64,000 nt of DNA from Pyrinomonadaceae bacterium. GTDB taxonomy: Bacteria; Acidobacteriota; Blastocatellia; Pyrinomonadales; Pyrinomonadaceae. The stretch spans positions 992 to 64,991 of the forward strand of contig JBDTOI010000002.1 of NCBI GenBank assembly GCA_039933315.1. Direction: 5' to 3'. Shown here in pieces: positions 9,002 through 18,744 of this stretch. The notes beneath the pieces were generated by a model that was given only the letters and a program-made list of their open reading frames with translations, was not told the origin of the DNA and searched no databases. Position numbers and translations under genes: made by a program. Numbering within the stretch: position 1 is the first letter of the stretch; each line of letters starts with the position of its first letter.

Positions 9002-10291
9002 CTACTCGTTCTTCGCGACCTGCGGCGGCGCTGCGCTTTCATTGCCGAGGCAGTAGAGCTTTCCATTGAACGCCCCGATGTAAATGCGCCCATTGAGAAT
9101 GGCCGGGGTCGCATTAATGTTTTCACCGATCTTTAGTTCCCACAGACGGCGTCCGTCTTCGGCCGCGAGCATGTACATCCAGCCGGCCTTATCACCAAAT
9201 ACGACGCGTCCTTCGACCACTGGGGAAGTTCCCCAAATGGGGGCCCGCATTAATTGCTGCCAGATAACTTCGCCCTTGTCAGTAGACAGGCAATACATAT
9301 AGCCATTGTTTGAACCGATGTAGACACGATTCCTGACAACGATTGGGCTGGCCCAAAACCCGCTGCGCTCTTTGTAATTCCTACTCAAGCCGCCTTCAGC
9401 CTTGAACTTCCAAACCAGCTCGCCGTTTGCTTGCTGCAGGCAATAGACGTAGCCGTTTTCCGCGGCTGTGTAAATAAACCCGTTCGCCACCGCGGGTGTG
9501 GAATCGGAATCCGCGCCGATGTCAGTTTTCCAGAGAGTAGCGCCATCGATCATTTGCAGGCAGTAGATATTGCCCTGCTCAGTGCCGATATAGATTCGCC
9601 CATCCTTCACGGAAAAACTGCCTTCCATCGATCCGAGCCGTTCTGTCTTGTAAACCAGCGAGCCGTCTTCCAGCCTGAGACAGTAAAAGAAACCATCTTC
9701 ACTGCCAAAATAAACCCGGCCCTCGATGACGGCGGCTGAGCAATCGACTTCAAACCCAGTCTTGTACTTCCAGATTAACGATCCATCGTTGGCGTTCAGA
9801 CAGTAAACGTAATGATCCAGGCCGCTCGCGATCAGCCGGTCTCCAACGATCGTGGGCGCTGCTTTCAGACTGTCTTCAGTCTTGAAGCTCCAGATCAAAC
9901 TGCCGTCTCGGGCGTTGAGGCAGTAGAGGTAACTATCGGCCGAGCCGAAATAAATACGCTCACCTACGAGGGACGGCTGCCCCGGCCAGCTGGAACCGCC
10001 CCATGGGTCTTTGTGCAGGCGACCCTTAGTCCAGTCTGTTTCAAACGCCCAGACGACAGTCAAAGGCTTTTCCGACCAGGGACCTGTGCCGTAGAAATTG
10101 CGCGAGGCGTTTCCCAACCACATGGGAACGCTGGCTTCGATTTTGACGGCCCTGGTCTCGGCCTGAGTTTCTTTTACTACCCTGGCTCCGCAGCCGCTGA
10201 ATGCAATCAGGAATAAGCCAGCCAGGGCCAGCTGAACGGGCAGCCAGCCGGCCACGGAACCATATTGGTGCTTAAAATTGAGAGATTTCAT
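9002..10291 (-). CDS. PQQ-like beta-propeller repeat lipoprotein (BamB family-like)
   Basis: Lipobox 'AFSGC'. About 8 repeats of the pattern 'G.(I/V)Y.G(S/T)..G..YCL...DG...W'. Confidence 0.75.
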   Translation of the reverse strand: MKSLNFKHQYGSVAGWLPVQLALAGLFLIAFSGCGARVVKETQAETRAVKIEASVPMWLGNASRNFYGTGPWSEKPLTVVWAFETDWTKGRLHKDPWGGSSWPGQPSLVGERIYFGSADSYLYCLNARDGSLIWSFKTEDSLKAAPTIVGDRLIASGLDHYVYCLNANDGSLIWKYKTGFEVDCSAAVIEGRVYFGSEDGFFYCLRLEDGSLVYKTERLGSMEGSFSVKDGRIYIGTEQGNIYCLQMIDGATLWKTDIGADSDSTPAVANGFIYTAAENGYVYCLQQANGELVWKFKAEGGLSRNYKERSGFWASPIVVRNRVYIGSNNGYMYCLSTDKGEVIWQQLMRAPIWGTSPVVEGRVVFGDKAGWMYMLAAEDGRRLWELKIGENINATPAILNGRIYIGAFNGKLYCLGNESAAPPQVAKNE

Positions 10292-10461
10292 GGGGGAATA
10301 AAGCTCGCTGACTAACCGGAATGGCTTCCCTACTGAATAGATTTAGTCTCGGGCCTGCACAAACTAGTAGCAAAAACCAAGGCGGTCAACCAAAAGCGGT
10401 GCTTACTGAAGGGAAGAATACATCTAGTGCCGGGTTACTTCAATAAAAGGGGCAGGGCAAA

Positions 10462-11319
10462 CTACCCTGCCAGCCACTCTCCACTATAGACGATTTCGGC
10501 GTGCCCCGTCAGGACAACCTCGTTGTCTTCACGCCACTCGATGTCTACGTCGCCGCCCTGCATGGAAGCTTTCACGCGCCTGCCGGTGCGGCCTGTTATG
10601 GCCGCGGCCACCACTGAAGCGCAGGAGCAAGTCCCTGAGGCTGAGGTTTCGCCGACGCCGCGTTCCCAGAAGCGCAGCTCAACGTGATCGGGATCCTGCA
10701 CTCGAACGAAGTTAACGTTAGTTCGCTCGGGGAACTGGTGATGGTTTTCAATCAGGGGGCCGAGACGTCGCCAGTCGATTGCAGCAAAATCATCGACAAA
10801 GAGGCAACAATTCGGGTTCCCCATTTGCAGCGCCGTAACCAGGTACGTCTCACCGGCCACGTTCAGGGGATAATCAATTACGCGCTCGAGCGGAACGTCC
10901 GTCCGCATCGGGATCGACGCGCCGTCAAATTTAGGTTGGCCCAGTTCAGACTCGAAGACGTAATCTCCCACTCCCAACTGTTCGCGCAAAAGATAACGCT
11001 TGATCCCGGAGCGAGTCTTCAATCGCAACTCCGGAAGCGACCAGAGTTCACGGTAGTAAAGATAAGCTGCGGCGCAACGCGTGCCGTTGCCCGAAAGATT
11101 CGCTTCACTGCCGTCAACATTGAATATGCGCACCACAAAATCCGCGCTCGGATCTTCTGAACGCGTGACGACGTCAATCCCATCTGCTCCGGCGCCGTAG
11201 TGTCGATCACAAATGCGCCGGGCAAATTCATTGAGGTCGGTAACGGCAGAAAGCTGCTCGGCTTCAAAGACGATGTAATCGTTACCGAAGCCATGAAACT
11301 TGATGAAGCTGAAGGGCAT
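10462..11319 (-). CDS. dapF: diaminopimelate epimerase
   Basis: 'FIKFHGFGNDYIVFE', 'GNGTRCAAAYL' and 'SGTCSCA' (the two catalytic Cys motifs). Confidence 0.9.
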   Translation of the reverse strand: MPFSFIKFHGFGNDYIVFEAEQLSAVTDLNEFARRICDRHYGAGADGIDVVTRSEDPSADFVVRIFNVDGSEANLSGNGTRCAAAYLYYRELWSLPELRLKTRSGIKRYLLREQLGVGDYVFESELGQPKFDGASIPMRTDVPLERVIDYPLNVAGETYLVTALQMGNPNCCLFVDDFAAIDWRRLGPLIENHHQFPERTNVNFVRVQDPDHVELRFWERGVGETSASGTCSCASVVAAAITGRTGRRVKASMQGGDVDIEWREDNEVVLTGHAEIVYSGEWLAG

Positions 11320-11324
11320 ATCGA

Positions 11325-11843
11325 TCAGGCGCTGGCCTTCTGCGGCTCGAAAATCTTGCGGAGGCGTTTGGTTAACACGGGCTCGATGCCGAGCAGGCGC
11401 AGGTAAACCGTGAACTGGCCGCGATGATACATCTCATGCGCGAGGGCAGACGCCAGGAAGTCATACTTCGCGATTTCCTTGCCGTCAAACCGTTTCATGT
11501 CGCTCTGTAGTTCGTTACCGGCTTCGCGCAAGCGGCTTTCCGTGTCGTCCATGGACTGGCGAAGCAAATCGATCAAACGTTCTTTATCGTGGATGTCGCT
11601 AACGCCAGGGGCATAGGTCTTAATCTGATCCGGGAACGATTGCCGAAACAGGTTCGTATCCGCGCGGCAAACCTCGCCGATCAGCGTCTTCTGCGCCTCT
11701 ACGACGTGTTGCAGGATGCCGGCGACAGAACGCATGTCGGGCGTCGCCTTAAACGTAAATTGATCGGCGGGAATGGTTTCCGCTTCATCAATCAATCCGG
11801 CACGTACTTCTTGCCAACTGCTGATTAAAACATCAAGTGACAT
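11325..11843 (-). CDS. DinB family protein
   Basis: Four-helix DinB-like pattern with His motifs 'GILQHVVEAQ' and 'LAHEMYHRGQ'. Confidence 0.75.
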   Translation of the reverse strand: MSLDVLISSWQEVRAGLIDEAETIPADQFTFKATPDMRSVAGILQHVVEAQKTLIGEVCRADTNLFRQSFPDQIKTYAPGVSDIHDKERLIDLLRQSMDDTESRLREAGNELQSDMKRFDGKEIAKYDFLASALAHEMYHRGQFTVYLRLLGIEPVLTKRLRKIFEPQKASA

Positions 11844-11904
11844 AAACGTCCTCCTCGCGGTTAAATATGAAGCCAGGGATGGTTTTAGCGAAGCGGGATA
11901 TTGT

Positions 11905-12180
11905 CTACATTTTTCGCGACATGTGGATGATACTCACGACTTCGATGCGGCGGGGTTGAATATGGTAAATGATTCGATAGGGAGGCTCCAACAGCTCGCG
12001 GATATGGTCTACCTTAAACTCGGGAACCACACGGCCTGAAAGCGGAAAGGCAGCAATTTGCTCAGTTCGGCTGATTAGCCGATCAGCCATACGCTTTGCG
12101 TATACTGGCGAGCTTTGGGCTATATAGTGGTGAATGGTGCGAAGGTTGTTCCGGGCTGTGAATGTCCAAACAACCTTCAC
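11905..12180 (-). CDS. parE: type II toxin, ParE/RelE family
   Basis: 91 aa. 'VVWTFTARNNLRTIHHYI...FPLSGRVVPEF...IRELLEPPYRIIY' is a ParE-like pattern. There is a 4-nt overlap with the upstream small ORF. Confidence 0.75.
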   Translation of the reverse strand: MKVVWTFTARNNLRTIHHYIAQSSPVYAKRMADRLISRTEQIAAFPLSGRVVPEFKVDHIRELLEPPYRIIYHIQPRRIEVVSIIHMSRKM

Positions 12181-12365
12181 GTCGGCAACCCGAATTCTTC
12201 TCGTACTTTCTCAATCTCGATGACGCGCTCCGCCTCGCCATCAGCTAGTCCTGACTCCACGCTTTCGCGAACGTAGATCTCGTACATTAGATCTTCCCAA
12301 GTTGAGTCTTCGGGTAGTGCGTCAACCAGTCGGCGAGCGGCTTCTTTGATACTTGTAGCGCCCAT
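12177..12365 (-). CDS. putative antitoxin (addiction-module component) for ParE
   Basis: 62-aa acidic protein 'LPEDSTWEDLMYEIYVRESVESG', overlapping parE by 4 nt in a typical TA operon layout. Confidence 0.6.
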   Translation of the reverse strand: MGATSIKEAARRLVDALPEDSTWEDLMYEIYVRESVESGLADGEAERVIEIEKVREEFGLPT

Positions 12366-12481
12366 AAGCTCGTCTTCGATCCTTCCTTATGAAGCGAATA
12401 TAGTCAGTTCCCTTTAAGGGGTCAATCCTGTTTCGCCAAGGGAGCGTAGAGACTCCAAGCCAGAAATGTTGCACGCAAAAT

Positions 12482-14128
12482 CTACTGCGACCGGCCCGCA
12501 AACGATGCCAGTAGCACCGCAATTGCATCGATCGAATCCTTGCGCACCGTGCTGACGTCGGCGTAATTGTTCAGCATCATCGAGAAGACCAGGCGTTCGC
12601 CGGCCGCGGTGGTGACATAGCCCGACAACGAAGCCACCGAGCTGAGCGTGCCCGTTTTGGCGCGCACGTTGCCCATTGCCGGCGTGTTTTTCATGCGATT
12701 GCTCAATGTGCCGTCCACTCCGGCGATAGGCAAAGCCTCGCGAAAAACATCCGCGTAGCGATGGCGGCTCATGTAGGTCAGCAATTGCAAAGACGCGCTG
12801 GCTGTAATCATGTCGTTTCGCGATAGCCCGGAGCCGTCACTGAGTACGAGTTCATCGGAATTGACCCCTGCCTGCTGCAGAAAGCCTTTGACAACTTCCA
12901 ACCCCGCCTGCTCGCTCGTCTGTTTGGGATTGGCACCAGGCCCCTTTCCGAGCGTCCGCAGGATTAACTCGGTGTACAGGTTCTGACTGGGTTTAAGAGT
13001 CTGTGCGGCAATGATGTTAAGCGGTGGCGACTGCAGACTTGCGATTTCCAGCAACGGCTGGCTTGAACTTGCCTTCGCATCGGCAGGTTGGGCAGCGAGG
13101 TTGTTTTGCGTCTGCACCAGACTCGGGGTTGAACGCCCATTAACCGTGCGCGTGCGTCCGGTAAATGCGACCCCGCGCTGCGCCAGTGAAGCGCGCAACA
13201 TTGACGCGAAGACCAGCGCCGGGTCGGGGACCGCCACAAACCCGGCGTAGCCTTTGTTATCAAGCGGCAGGTTGCCGCCAATCTCCAATACATTGCTGCC
13301 GAGTGCGCGATAGACAGTAAGTTCGCTCTTTCCTCCCGCCGGAGAGGTCCTGGTGCGATTTGAGATAGAAACAAAGGGCGCCGGCGGCCCGGTGGTAATC
13401 AAGCAGGGCGCGCCCACCTTTGACCCCGGCTTAACAAAAAGATCGAGCGCATTATCGTTAATAGTCAGAGCGCTTACTTCCGCGCCATACCACCACTGTA
13501 GATCTTCCCATTCCCATCCACCGCCCAGCGGCGGCCCGTTGAAATAGCTTTCGTCACCCACCAGGTCACCCTTAACGCGTTTCACACCGGCGGCCACAAT
13601 CCGGTCGGCAAGGTCATTGATGCCTTTGGTATAATCGCCGTTATTGAAGCGCGCCGCGATCGAAGGATCGCCGCGTCCGTAAATGATCAGGTTCCCTTTG
13701 ATCGTTCCACTCTTATCAGGTTTCTCCCCAGCGTAAACGGAAGTGACGAAGCGATAGTCCGTAGTCAGACGATCAAGAGCGGCGGCGACCGTATAAATCT
13801 TCATATTCGAAGCGGGCCGCAAAAGCTTGTCAGCATTCTCGCTGAAGAGGATTTGTCCCGTATCCAACGATGCAACCTTCACGGCGAACATTCCGGGCGC
13901 CAGCTCGGGCCGCCGCATCACTTCTTCGATACGCGCACGCAACTCCGCCAGGGTCTTCGGCGCGTTGGTGGATTGTCCGGCGGCGGTTGCCGGGGGCGAA
14001 AGGGAAAACTGGCGCTGCGATGGTTGAAGCCGATGCTGAGCAGACGTGGGCGCGATGGCGCCCCCGGTCACAGCCAGTAAGAGGGTAATGAATGTCAGGC
14101 GCGAATATGCGCTATGGATTTTTGTCAT
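12482..14128 (-). CDS. dacB: D-alanyl-D-alanine carboxypeptidase/endopeptidase (PBP4, peptidase S13)
   Basis: SxxK 'ASNMK', SxN 'SGLSRN' and KTG 'KTGTL'. ATG at 14128 (MTKIHSAY..., signal peptide) is preferred over the track start at 14185. Confidence 0.85.
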   Translation of the reverse strand: MTKIHSAYSRLTFITLLLAVTGGAIAPTSAQHRLQPSQRQFSLSPPATAAGQSTNAPKTLAELRARIEEVMRRPELAPGMFAVKVASLDTGQILFSENADKLLRPASNMKIYTVAAALDRLTTDYRFVTSVYAGEKPDKSGTIKGNLIIYGRGDPSIAARFNNGDYTKGINDLADRIVAAGVKRVKGDLVGDESYFNGPPLGGGWEWEDLQWWYGAEVSALTINDNALDLFVKPGSKVGAPCLITTGPPAPFVSISNRTRTSPAGGKSELTVYRALGSNVLEIGGNLPLDNKGYAGFVAVPDPALVFASMLRASLAQRGVAFTGRTRTVNGRSTPSLVQTQNNLAAQPADAKASSSQPLLEIASLQSPPLNIIAAQTLKPSQNLYTELILRTLGKGPGANPKQTSEQAGLEVVKGFLQQAGVNSDELVLSDGSGLSRNDMITASASLQLLTYMSRHRYADVFREALPIAGVDGTLSNRMKNTPAMGNVRAKTGTLSSVASLSGYVTTAAGERLVFSMMLNNYADVSTVRKDSIDAIAVLLASFAGRSQ

Positions 14129-14204
14129 TTGCGTTCGAATTTGATTCCTGAAGGTAGAGCGAGCGCGCAGCATGCGCGCAACCAAAGTGCGTTACCGTAC
14201 GGTG

Positions 14205-15647
14205 TCAGGCCTTCCGGGGCACACTTTCCTCGCCGATGGTGTAGAGCGAGACGGAAGTCGATAGTCCCAGGCCCGACAACCTTCCTGCCATAATTACAAT
14301 CATCTCGCCCTGATCGACTACACGTGCCTCAATCAAGACTCGCTCTCCATCACGTAACATGTTTTCAGTGTTTTCGTAGCGCGAGATTATCAATGGTTCG
14401 ACTCCCCAGATCAGAGCCAGCTCATTCAGCACGTCGCGGGAATGCGTGAGGGCCACGATGCGTTGGGCCGGTCGCAAAGCCGACAGACGGCGCGCCATCA
14501 ACCCTGATTCGGTGAAGACTGCCGTCGTCCTGGTCCCCATCTCATTGGCAGCGAACGCGGCTGCCTCGCAGAGGGCGCGACTGACCCGGCCTGATTGTTT
14601 ACCGATCAGCCTGGTAATGTCTTCCGGAATACTGTCCCCTCCGCTTTCCGCCGAATCGATGATACGGGCCATGGTGGCCACGGCGGCCACGGGATAATTG
14701 CCACTGGCGGTTTCGTTGGAAAGCATAACGCAATCGGATCCGTCCCACACGGCGTTGGCCACGTCGGAGGCTTCGGCGCGAGTAGGGCGCGGACTAGTGA
14801 CCATCGACTGCAACATCTGGGTTGCCGTAATCACGAGTTTGCCGGCGGCGTTCGTTTTTTCAATAATACGTTTTTGATAGACGGGTACGAGCTCGACGCT
14901 GGTTTCTACTCCCAGATCACCGCGGGCCACCATAATGCCATCGGCGGCGGAGATAATTTCTTCCAGATGATCGATGGCTTCGGCTTTTTCTATCTTTGCT
15001 ATCAGTGGGGCCGAGCCTCCCAACGACTTGATTAATGCCTTGGCCTCCGCGCAATCCTCCGCCCGACGCACAAATGACAGCGCAATGTAATCTGCGCGCT
15101 GCTGCACCGCCCACGCCAGGTCACTTCGATCTTTGTCGGTCAGCGACGGAATGGGCAGGCTGATACCGGGCAGGTTAATTCCCTTACGCTCGCCCAGCAC
15201 GCCGCCATTGATGACGCGGCAAATAACGTCCGTGGCGGTAGTTGATTCAACTATCAACTCGATCGCGCCATCATCCAGAAGCAAACGCGCGCCGGGCTTA
15301 ACGTCGCGCGCCATGCCGGCGTAGTTGGTTGAAACTTCGTGACTGTTGCCTGCGACCGGCCGGGTGGTAATGATGAACTCCGAATTGGTTTCCAGAGTTA
15401 CGGGTTTGTGGTCATTCAAACCATCGGTGCGAATCTTTGGTCCCGACAGATCCACCAGCACGGCTAGTGGGCGCTTCATGGTTTGCGCTGCCTGGCGGGC
15501 GACGCTAATGTCTTCCGCTTTTTCGTCCTGCGTGCCGTGCGACATGTTTATGCGCACGCCATTCACCCCGGCGGCCAGCATGGCCTCCAGGATCCCTGGT
15601 TCGCGGGTTGCGGGCCCGAGCGTCGCCAGTATCTTTGCTTGTCTCAA
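14205..15647 (-). CDS. pyk: pyruvate kinase
   Basis: 'KILATLGPA', 'GVNGVRINMSHG', 'IAKIEKAEAI', 'MVARGDLGVE' and 'ATQMLQSM'. Confidence 0.93.
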   Translation of the reverse strand: MRQAKILATLGPATREPGILEAMLAAGVNGVRINMSHGTQDEKAEDISVARQAAQTMKRPLAVLVDLSGPKIRTDGLNDHKPVTLETNSEFIITTRPVAGNSHEVSTNYAGMARDVKPGARLLLDDGAIELIVESTTATDVICRVINGGVLGERKGINLPGISLPIPSLTDKDRSDLAWAVQQRADYIALSFVRRAEDCAEAKALIKSLGGSAPLIAKIEKAEAIDHLEEIISAADGIMVARGDLGVETSVELVPVYQKRIIEKTNAAGKLVITATQMLQSMVTSPRPTRAEASDVANAVWDGSDCVMLSNETASGNYPVAAVATMARIIDSAESGGDSIPEDITRLIGKQSGRVSRALCEAAAFAANEMGTRTTAVFTESGLMARRLSALRPAQRIVALTHSRDVLNELALIWGVEPLIISRYENTENMLRDGERVLIEARVVDQGEMIVIMAGRLSGLGLSTSVSLYTIGEESVPRKA

Positions 15648-15754
15648 AAAGAATTCCTCAAAATGCTTTTGCTTTTCGAATCAATGGGCCCAGGGGCCGA
15701 CCTTCAGAATAGAACCAAAACGGTTAGGCGCGTTACGACGGCCGACCTCCGCTG

Positions 15755-16396
15755 CTACTCTGTTCCCGAAGCGAGCGCCGATTGCACCACGCGCTCGAGT
15801 TCTACGGGGATTGTCTCGTCGTAACCGATAAACCTCTTCGCCAGATGTCCTCGCCGATCGAACACGAAAGCCTGTGGAATGCTGTCGTCACCTCCGAGTT
15901 GCGCATCGGCGAACTCCGGATCAGGGAACCCCAGCGGGTATTGAATGCCGAATTCACGCGCGAACCCGGGAACATCGTTGCGATCTTCGGGGCCGCCCAC
16001 GTTTAGCCCGACGATTTGCAAACCTTGCGCGCCTAGACGCTTCTGCATCGCCACCAGGTGCGGCGCCGCCTCGCGACAGGGCTGGCACCAGGTCGCATAA
16101 AAATCCAAGACGACCACCTTGCCCTGATAGTCGGAGAGCTTCACGCGCCGATCGTCTGTCAAAGTCCAGTCAAAGGCAGCGTGACTCTCGCCGGTAAGAT
16201 TACTGATTGGCGTTGGCTGCTGGGCGGCTGGACTCGCTGCAGTGTTTATCTGTGAGGTTTCAGAGGGCCGGCTGTGGCACCCGGCCGGCAAGAGCAGACA
16301 AAGTGCGGCTAGCGCGAAGGCGAGTCTCGTTCTCGCTACCCCGCCCGGCTTGCGTAAAGCGCAAGGCATCTGCAGAAGATTCCTAAGCTCCGACAT
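15755..16396 (-). CDS. TlpA-family thiol:disulfide oxidoreductase lipoprotein
   Basis: Lipobox 'LLPAGC'. Thioredoxin motif 'FYATWCQPCREAAP'. Confidence 0.8.
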   Translation of the reverse strand: MSELRNLLQMPCALRKPGGVARTRLAFALAALCLLLPAGCHSRPSETSQINTAASPAAQQPTPISNLTGESHAAFDWTLTDDRRVKLSDYQGKVVVLDFYATWCQPCREAAPHLVAMQKRLGAQGLQIVGLNVGGPEDRNDVPGFAREFGIQYPLGFPDPEFADAQLGGDDSIPQAFVFDRRGHLAKRFIGYDETIPVELERVVQSALASGTE

Positions 16397-16473
16397 AATT
16401 GCGTCAGGAATATTCTATACGACGCACAGTGATGGCAAAAGGTGAGCGCGGAAGTGGACAAGTTTCCCCGCAG

Positions 16474-16671
16474 CTATTGGCTTGTCAGCTCGTCGTCGGG
16501 GGCGGTTGGTTGGGATGATTCATCGACGTGACGCTCGGACGGTGGTCCGGGCACGCGAAACTCTTCATTGGCCCAGCGGCCAAAGTCTATGAGCTTGCAA
16601 CGTTCAGAACAGAAGGGCCGATCCGGATTGTCATTCCACTCAATGGGTTTGCCGCAGGTTGGACACTTCAT
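16474..16671 (-). CDS. yacG: DNA gyrase inhibitor YacG (zinc finger)
   Basis: '[12 protein letters not shown]...[20 protein letters not shown]'. Confidence 0.85.
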   Translation of the reverse strand: MKCPTCGKPIEWNDNPDRPFCSERCKLIDFGRWANEEFRVPGPPSERHVDESSQPTAPDDELTSQ

Positions 16672-16727
16672 AAGAGGGAATAGAGCGACTGCAAAGTGAA
16701 CTGCGCCACGCGAGTTTTCGGGCTGCT

Positions 16728-16746
16728 CGCAAACTAATAGTTTGCG
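16728..16746. repeat. family-G palindrome CGCAAACT-AAT-AGTTTGCG
   Basis: Perfect 8+8 inverted repeat abutting the crp/fnr stop codon. Related copies lie at 20917-20938, 37012-37029 and 51469-51487. Confidence 0.85.
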
Positions 16747-17463
16747 TTACATGGTCAGGCTCAGACACTCACGACGCTTGACCAGGATCTTTCGCTTAAC
16801 AAAGTCGATAGTACCGGCGCGGCGCATTGCATTCAATCGCACGGTTACGCTCTCGCGAGTTGAGCCCAGCAGCGAGGCAATTTCCCGGTGGGGCAGCGGA
16901 ATGTCAATCAGCACTCCATCGCTTTCATTTATCCCGTAACGGTCGGAAAACTCCGCCAGCAATTTACCCAGCCGGGCGGGAATGGCATCCAGGGCAAAGT
17001 CGGCAATGCGACGTTCGGCCTGTTCCCTGCGTTGACCGATCAGCCGGAAGGTGTAATCATAAAGTTCCCGATCCTCAACCATCGCATCGCGAAAATCCCC
17101 CGCAGGAAACTTGAGTAGGCGAGCATTCTCGTAGGCCAGAGCGCAGTTTTCCCGCGTTGCCGCCTGAGAATAAAGGGCCGATTCCCCGAAGAGCGCTCCG
17201 GTGGGTAGAATGTCTATGACGGCTTCGCGGGCAGTTTCCGAGTCTCGCCGCGAGAGTTTTATGCGTCCCGCGGAGATGGCGTAAAGGCAATCGGCCTGGT
17301 CACCGGGCCGATAGATTGTTCGCCGGCGCGGGAAGTCGTTAACCGTGGCGCCGGCCGCGAGCCGGAGTAGTAGTGAATGATTCAGGTTGGCCGCGAATTC
17401 CAACTGGGAAACCAGGGCGGCTCGTTCGCCGATTGAAAAATCACGGTCACGTTTTTTCTGCAT
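16747..17463 (-). CDS. Crp/Fnr family transcriptional regulator
   Basis: cNMP-binding barrel ('IYRPGDQADCLYAISAGRIKL') plus C-terminal HTH ('REIASLLGSTRESVTVRLNAMRRAG'). Confidence 0.85.
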   Translation of the reverse strand: MQKKRDRDFSIGERAALVSQLEFAANLNHSLLLRLAAGATVNDFPRRRTIYRPGDQADCLYAISAGRIKLSRRDSETAREAVIDILPTGALFGESALYSQAATRENCALAYENARLLKFPAGDFRDAMVEDRELYDYTFRLIGQRREQAERRIADFALDAIPARLGKLLAEFSDRYGINESDGVLIDIPLPHREIASLLGSTRESVTVRLNAMRRAGTIDFVKRKILVKRRECLSLTM

Positions 17464-17766
17464 GGCGTTGGAATCCCCTGTCTGCCCCGGCTGCGGGACG
17501 AAGGAATTTTGAGGTGCGTTCGGTAAAGACTATGTTCTGTTGAACGAAACCCTGGCTCGAAGGTTTGGAAAGCGCTGGGTGATCTTAAAGGTGGTATCCG
17601 CGGATCCAAGCGGGGAGGATTCCGAGGTTACTTCAGGCCGCTACCAACTTCTGTTCTGGTCGGATTCGATGAGGCTTTAAGTTCAAACGAACGCGAACAA
17701 TAAACGGAAGACGCGCACTCTAGCACGGCGTAAAAAACTGCGCAAGATTCTTTTTGCATCAAACTT

Positions 17767-18717
17767 TTGAACATGATTGGTAAACCCCACGTTCTGGTAG
17801 TTGATGACGAGCCTGACAAGCGCAGGCTCTTGCAAGTAGCTTTGCAAATGGCCGGCTATGCCGTTGAGACAGCGGAAGATGGCGCCGCGGCGTTGGCCGC
17901 AATTGAATCTAATCCGCCGGACTTAATTGTCACCGACGTCATGATGCCGGTGATGGATGGTTTCGAATTGGCACGGCGAGTGCGCGCCAACGCGCAGACT
18001 AGATTCATTCCCGTGATCATTCAAACGGCGGCCCGGGACGCGGCCGCAGACCTGCGGCTCGGGGCAGAGGCGGGGGCGCTGGGATACATCACTGATCCTA
18101 CGGACCTGGATTTATTGCTGGCACGCGCGCGCACTCTCCTCGACTTCAAGAACTATCTGGACACGTGCGAGGAAGCCGCATTTACCGATCACCTGACCGG
18201 ACTGGCAAACCGGCGCCGGTTTGAACGGAAGATGGAGCGGGAGATCGATCGCACGCGTCGCTACGGCCGGCCTTTCTGCCTGCTGATTCTCGACATCGAT
18301 CATTTCAAGGTGGTGAACGACAATTATGGCCACGAGGCCGGAGACGAAGTACTGCGACGTCTCGCGAAAATCCTGCAAGCCGGAACACGCGGCATAGATC
18401 TGGCGGCTCGCGTCGGCGGCGAAGAATTTGCGATTCTCCTGACCGAAACAAACCTGCAGGCCGGAGAAGAAGTTGCCGAGCGATTGCGGGCGGCGGTTGA
18501 GGGGGCGGACGTACATGAGACCGCCCGCATTACAGCGAGCCTGGGGATCGCCGAATTCCCCAGGTCAGCTACTACTGCCCAGGAATTATTTGGCGCCGCC
18601 GACGCGGCCATGTACGAGGCAAAACACGAAGGCAGGAACCTTGTGAAACGCGCGGCCGAATTGCCGAACTCTGACCAACCGGTGGACGTACAGCAAATGC
18701 GTAGGCGAGAGTCCTGA
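17767..18717 (+). CDS. response regulator-diguanylate cyclase (REC + GGDEF, PleD-like)
   Basis: REC 'VLVVDDEPD...DLIVTDVMMPVMDG'. Active-site 'GGEEF' preceded by the I-site 'RGID' five residues upstream. Confidence 0.88.
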   Translation: MNMIGKPHVLVVDDEPDKRRLLQVALQMAGYAVETAEDGAAALAAIESNPPDLIVTDVMMPVMDGFELARRVRANAQTRFIPVIIQTAARDAAADLRLGAEAGALGYITDPTDLDLLLARARTLLDFKNYLDTCEEAAFTDHLTGLANRRRFERKMEREIDRTRRYGRPFCLLILDIDHFKVVNDNYGHEAGDEVLRRLAKILQAGTRGIDLAARVGGEEFAILLTETNLQAGEEVAERLRAAVEGADVHETARITASLGIAEFPRSATTAQELFGAADAAMYEAKHEGRNLVKRAAELPNSDQPVDVQQMRRRES

Positions 18718-18744
18718 GGGTTTTGAAAGAGAGGCCAGCAAGAA

